Origin: an uncultured Spirochaetota bacterium
GTDB lineage: Bacteria; Spirochaetota; Spirochaetia; SZUA-6; Fen-1364
Length of the DNA: 64,000 nucleotides
Assembly: GCA_963845535.1 (NCBI GenBank)
Contig: CAWJSK010000016.1
Coordinates: 1 to 64,000 of the forward strand
Direction: 5' to 3'
Part shown: positions 59,776 to 64,000 of the stretch, one piece after another
How the letters are laid out: each line of letters opens with the position of its first letter
How positions within the stretch are numbered: position 1 is the first letter of the stretch
Position numbers and translations under genes: made by a program
The notes under the pieces: model-generated
What the model saw: the letters and a program-made list of their open reading frames with translations, nothing else
What the model was told of the DNA's origin: nothing
The model's database searches: none

Positions 59776-60387
59776 ATGTCAGACGCCTCCGGCCCCGAAG
59801 ACGAACCCCGCTATCTGGGGGGCTACGTCCTCATCTCGGATATCAACCTCACGGACCCGAACTTTCACCGTTCCGTGGTGCTCATGATCACTCATGACGA
59901 CAACGGCGCGTTCGGGCTCGTGGTGAACAGGCCCTCCCGATTCACCCTGGGGGAGCTCGCGGAGGGGATGGAGGAGTCACCGGCCGCCTCGATTCCCATC
60001 TACATAGGCGGGCCGCTGCAGCAGGAGTTCTTGTTCATCCTGCACAGCGAGTTCCCCGGCAGCACCGGGAGCGAGCACATCGAGCGGCCCGCGGAAGGCG
60101 TCGTGTTCGAGCCGGCCACGCAATCAGTGGTGGATTACTTGAAGCAAGAATGGAGCCCCCTGGAGGAGGGAGAGCGGCCCTCCGTCCGACTGTACGCCGG
60201 GTACGCCGGCTGGGGCCCCGGGCAGGTGGAGGGAGAGTTGAAATCCGAAGCCTGGGTAGTCCTGAAAGCCACACCCGAGATCGTGTTCCATCCGAACCCG
60301 GAACAGGGTTGGTCGGATGCATTTGGGCGAAAAGGCCCGCTGCACCAGATCATCCTGCAGACCGGATTCAAGCCCTCCATGAACTAA
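59776..60387 (+). CDS. YqgE/AlgH family protein
   Basis: DPNFHRSVV, GAFGLVVNRP, GGP, GYAGWGPGQVEGEL. Confidence 0.9.
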   Translation: MSDASGPEDEPRYLGGYVLISDINLTDPNFHRSVVLMITHDDNGAFGLVVNRPSRFTLGELAEGMEESPAASIPIYIGGPLQQEFLFILHSEFPGSTGSEHIERPAEGVVFEPATQSVVDYLKQEWSPLEEGERPSVRLYAGYAGWGPGQVEGELKSEAWVVLKATPEIVFHPNPEQGWSDAFGRKGPLHQIILQTGFKPSMN

Positions 60388-60499
60388 GAGGAGGGCGTTG
60401 AGGCAACGCCCGTGGGTCGCGCACCGCAGCCCACATCGCCGGGCCTTGCGGGCGCGCCGGTTTTGACCTATACCAATACTCGAAAAGTCCAGGCTCTGC

Positions 60500-61630
60500 A
60501 TGGTGAAAGTGCTCTTCATCGACGACGACCTCAATGCTCACAGGACCATGAAGCACGTGCTTCCGGATCTCTACGTGCTGGTCTCAGCGTGCAGCGCCAA
60601 AGCGGGGCTGGAGCTTGCTGCACGCGAGGGGCCGGATGTCGTTCTCCTGGACATCAACCTGCCGGACCTGGATGGCATCACGGTCCTCAAGCGCCTCGTG
60701 AGCCGGCCCGCGGCCCCGCCGGTTGTGATGCTGTCCGCCCTCAGTGAGACGCGCCTCATCAGGGACGCCCTCCTCGGCGGGGCGGTGGACTACATCGTCA
60801 AACCGTACGAGGTGAAGGAGCTCCTCGGCACGCTTCGCACCGCGGTGGCCGGCGCGGATGCCCGGCGCGCGGAGGCCCGCCTTCTGGGGGAGACTCTGCT
60901 CACTGCGCTGCTGGGTGAACATCCCCTAATGAGGCAGGTGAAGGAGCTGGTCCTGCGCTACGCTCCATCCGATTCTCCCGTCCTGGTCCACGGTGAAAGC
61001 GGCACCGGCAAGGAGCTCGTGGCGCGTTCGCTTCATGAAGCCTCACGTCGCCGGAGCGCGCCGTGCGTCGCCATCAACTGCGGCGCCCTCCCCGAAACGC
61101 TCCTGGAGACCGAGCTGTTCGGATCGGAAAGGGGCGCGTTCACGGATGCGGTGACGCGGCCGGGCAGCTTCGAACGCGCCAATGGCGGCACGCTTTTCCT
61201 GGATGAGATAGGCGATATGTCCCTGTCCGCGCAGGCCCGGCTCCTCCGGGTCATCGAGCAGAAAGAGCTGACGCGCGTCGGAGGAAGCCGGACGGTCAGC
61301 CTGAACGTCCGCGTGGTGTCCGCCACGCACCGGGACCTGCGCTGCGAAGCGGCGCGCGGCGCGTTTCGCTCCGACCTCTACTATCGGCTGGGGGTGCTCA
61401 CCATCCGGGTGCCTCCCCTCCGTGACCGGCCGGAGGATATCCCGCTCCTCGCGGCCCACTTCCTTTCCCTCCTCGGCATGCCGCGGGCCATCGTGGATGA
61501 AGAGGCCCTTTCCATCCTCCAGGCGCACCCATGGCCGGGCAACATCCGAGAGCTTCGAAACGTCATGGAGCGGGCGGCCCTGAACGCCGGGCACGGGCGC
61601 ATCACGGCAAGCCACATCGATTTCGACTAG
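60500..61630 (+). CDS. Sigma54-dependent response regulator (REC + AAA+), no C-terminal HTH
   Basis: LDINLP, GESGTGKE, GAFTDA, FLDEIGD, WPGNIRELRN; stop follows about 20 aa later. Confidence 0.9.
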   Translation: MVKVLFIDDDLNAHRTMKHVLPDLYVLVSACSAKAGLELAAREGPDVVLLDINLPDLDGITVLKRLVSRPAAPPVVMLSALSETRLIRDALLGGAVDYIVKPYEVKELLGTLRTAVAGADARRAEARLLGETLLTALLGEHPLMRQVKELVLRYAPSDSPVLVHGESGTGKELVARSLHEASRRRSAPCVAINCGALPETLLETELFGSERGAFTDAVTRPGSFERANGGTLFLDEIGDMSLSAQARLLRVIEQKELTRVGGSRTVSLNVRVVSATHRDLRCEAARGAFRSDLYYRLGVLTIRVPPLRDRPEDIPLLAAHFLSLLGMPRAIVDEEALSILQAHPWPGNIRELRNVMERAALNAGHGRITASHIDFD

Positions 61631-61640
61631 GGTCCCGCTC

Positions 61641-62126
61641 CTACTCCACGGGACGGACGAACATGCCCTCCACCAGGACCCGCTTCTCTCCCAAGGGAGT
61701 CTTCGTCACGTCAACGGGGCGGCCGATCACGATGACACGGGAGTCGATCACGACCGTCCCCGGCACAGCGGCCCTTGGCGGCCGGGCGGGAAAGATTTTG
61801 AAAAACTCAGGTCCGGTGAAATCCACGTAGCAGGTGTAGCTTTTTACATCTTCCGTTCCGATCCATTCCCCGGTGATCAGCTCTATCCTGACGCGAAAAG
61901 ACCCCTCGTCCTTGCTGATCACGTTCACGTCGGAAACCGTGCCGTTGAGGATGACAAGCTTCCCTGATGGCAGGGGCTCCCGGCCGTCGGCAACGGCGGA
62001 GAGGTCTTTCAGCGTGACCGAAAAATCCACCACCCTGTCGAAGTCCGCGCGGGAAAGGCCGAAGGCCGCGGGCACGGCCGCTGCAAGGAGGAGGCCGCTC
62101 AGGATTGCGGGAAGGATTCTTCGCAT
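61641..62126 (-). CDS. Hypothetical secreted protein
   Basis: Signal peptide MRRILPAILSGLLLAAAVPAAFG; SD AAAGGAG; beta-rich. Confidence 0.75.
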   Translation of the reverse strand: MRRILPAILSGLLLAAAVPAAFGLSRADFDRVVDFSVTLKDLSAVADGREPLPSGKLVILNGTVSDVNVISKDEGSFRVRIELITGEWIGTEDVKSYTCYVDFTGPEFFKIFPARPPRAAVPGTVVIDSRVIVIGRPVDVTKTPLGEKRVLVEGMFVRPVE

Positions 62127-62203
62127 GGGAGACTCCTTTCAGAGAAACACGCCACCGCGTGGAGAGTGCTCCAACCGTGGAGCGTACTCCACGGGGGCTG
62201 ATA

Positions 62204-62947
62204 CTATGGAGGATTGGAGTCCGGGTCAATTCCTTTTTTCGTTATGAGCCCTGCGATCTTGCGGAACGTGACCCCGAGGCGCTTTGCCTCGTTCACGGAG
62301 AGCCCCGCGCGACCCAGGATGTCTTTGAAAAAGACCCCCATCTGCTCCGGCCCCACGAGGTGGAAGAACCCGATGCGTTTCAGCGAGCGTGTGATGATGG
62401 AGACAAGCGCGTCCAGCTCCCCCACGGACACGGGAGAAAAGGGCGTGAGACGCCCGGAGGAGCGCGCGCGGAAGATAGCGTAGCAGACGACCTGCACGGC
62501 ATGGGAAAGATTGAGGGAGGGAAATTGCGGGGAGGCGGGGATGGTGACGGCCACGTGACAGAGGGACAGCTCCTCATCAGTGAGCCCCGTCTCCTCGTTT
62601 CCGAAAAGCACCGCCACCGTCCCCGCGCCGAGTGACGCTATGCGCTCACCGAGCTGCTCGGGGAAGAGGCTGAAATACTTGCGGTTCCTGCCGCGTCGCC
62701 GCGTGGTTCCCGCCACAAGAACGGCGTCCTGCACCGCGTCCTTCACGGTGGGGTAGATCGTGGCGCTTTCGAGGACGTCGGCTGCATAGTGCGCCAGCGT
62801 ACGGGCCTGCGTGGGGTCGATGATTTCATCAGGCACGATCCCCAGGGATGTAATGTCCATGCTCTTCATGGCGCGGCAGGCGGCGCCGACGTTCCGCGAG
62901 TCTCGCGGCCGCACGAGGATGATCCTCACACCCGTTTGACGGCTCAT
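62204..62947 (-). CDS. TrmH/TrmJ-type SPOUT RNA methyltransferase
   Basis: NVGAACRAMK, GTTRR, LFGNEETGL, SLNLSHAV. Confidence 0.9.
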   Translation of the reverse strand: MSRQTGVRIILVRPRDSRNVGAACRAMKSMDITSLGIVPDEIIDPTQARTLAHYAADVLESATIYPTVKDAVQDAVLVAGTTRRRGRNRKYFSLFPEQLGERIASLGAGTVAVLFGNEETGLTDEELSLCHVAVTIPASPQFPSLNLSHAVQVVCYAIFRARSSGRLTPFSPVSVGELDALVSIITRSLKRIGFFHLVGPEQMGVFFKDILGRAGLSVNEAKRLGVTFRKIAGLITKKGIDPDSNPP

Positions 62948-62977
62948 ACGGGCAGGAGAGTAGCCGATAAGCTATGC

Positions 62978-63643
62978 ATGAAGAAAGATGTGGCCCTCCT
63001 GTTCGTCTGCCTTTGCGCGCCCGTTTTCACCCTCGGAGCTCTCGACTGGGAGCTTCCCGTCTTCACCCTCCGCTACGAGCTGGCGCACGGCATCCGGGAA
63101 GATCCCGAGGAGGAGATTCTCCTCCCCTCGTCCCTTCGGAACACCGTCTCCCTCCGCATCAAAGAGGCCGCTGATCCGGCTCTTTTCGATCTCACGCTGC
63201 GCTATTCCCTCAAGGACTATTACATGGCCGCGGGTGATTACGGCTACTTCGAGGTGGAGCACGAGCAGGCGTGGCGCGTGAGCGACCCTTTGAAGCTGGG
63301 GTTCCTCCTTGGCCTGAAGAAGGTCGATTTCCCCGAGCCGGGCTCGGACGGCTGGGTCAAGGACTACCTCTCTTTGCGGGCCGGTCCCACCGCGGCCATG
63401 ACGTTCGCCGGCGGGACGAGGCTCGATGCGAGCCTGAGCGCGCGCTACGACTTTGCGGACAACGACTCGCGGTCGTTCCAGGCATACGTCGTGTCCACCG
63501 GCGTGAGCTCACGGCTGGAGGGTTGGCTGCTCTCCGCCCGCTATCGAGGAGAGTTCCGCCTCCCCTTCGATCAGGCGAGCGACGTGGGGCAGCTTGCATA
63601 CAACACGTGCAGCCTCACGCTCACGTGGGACCCGTCGAAGTAG
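62978..63643 (+). CDS. Hypothetical exported protein, possible beta-barrel
   Basis: Signal peptide, alternating amphipathic beta strands, aromatic residue near the C-terminus. Confidence 0.65.
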   Translation: MKKDVALLFVCLCAPVFTLGALDWELPVFTLRYELAHGIREDPEEEILLPSSLRNTVSLRIKEAADPALFDLTLRYSLKDYYMAAGDYGYFEVEHEQAWRVSDPLKLGFLLGLKKVDFPEPGSDGWVKDYLSLRAGPTAAMTFAGGTRLDASLSARYDFADNDSRSFQAYVVSTGVSSRLEGWLLSARYRGEFRLPFDQASDVGQLAYNTCSLTLTWDPSK

Positions 63644-63822
63644 GGCGGAGCAGTCGAGCTGCCGGCGCGTAAATCGTTCTCTATTTGACAAATGCCCTCG
63701 AATGACGATAAGATATCCAGGTTCTCTATCAAAGATTGCCGTTCGACGAACCCTTGCGGCACGCAAGCTCGGTGACTATACTTATAAGGACCATTGGGTA
63801 TCTTTGAAGGCAAAGGGGCGCC

Positions 63823-64000
63823 ATGAGTAACAACGAGATTGTTCCCGGCTTCGATGACGAAAAGGATGACAGCCTCAAAATCCGCCTCCAAAAGATCGAA
63901 GAGACTGACGGGTGCCTTGTTCTGTACCTGACCGGCTACATCGACACATACAACTCCAACTATTTTCAAAAACGCGTTGCCAAGGCCATCGAAGGGAACT
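63823..64000 (+). CDS. STAS-domain anti-sigma factor antagonist (runs off window)
   Basis: MSNNEIVPGFDDEKDDSLKIRLQKI..LYLTGYIDTYNSNYFQKRV. Confidence 0.85.
   Translation, partial: MSNNEIVPGFDDEKDDSLKIRLQKIEETDGCLVLYLTGYIDTYNSNYFQKRVAKAIEGN

Overview
GC-rich bacterial genome segment, most likely from a free-living Spirochaetia member. The basis is recognition of Treponema-like Lgt, FapA/DUF342 and STAS proteins and the S41 protease-rsmE-wecB gene order; no database search was run. Roughly 1-19.7 kb is a patchy accessory region: DinB, a WYL regulator with its operator, a BrnT-like toxin with an unusually long antitoxin, several decayed genes, faint IS-like ends, a Cys-tailed ECF sigma/nitroreductase unit and an MCP behind a probable sigma54 promoter. 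Roughly 19.8-64 kb is mostly intact metabolic, signalling and housekeeping DNA: korDABC-type oxidoreductase, two hybrid kinases around a Methyltransf_19 enzyme and an NHL lipoprotein, adenylate cyclase, HD-GYP regulator, a large CoA-activase, a NarL/HisKA_3 pair, Campylobacterota-like nifSU, lgt, fapA, a DsbD-like fusion and an HTH-less sigma54 activator. I saw no rRNA, tRNA, CRISPR array or intact integrase/transposase. Best leads: interleaved inverted repeats at 45574-45679 (possible invertible promoter or RNA switch), the globin-like kinase + Methyltransf_19 module, the Ig/Trx/CcdA fusion, the extended antitoxin, and many apparently leaderless genes. Several single-base frameshifts fall in C-runs and may be assembly errors. 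All family calls come from motif recognition by eye.
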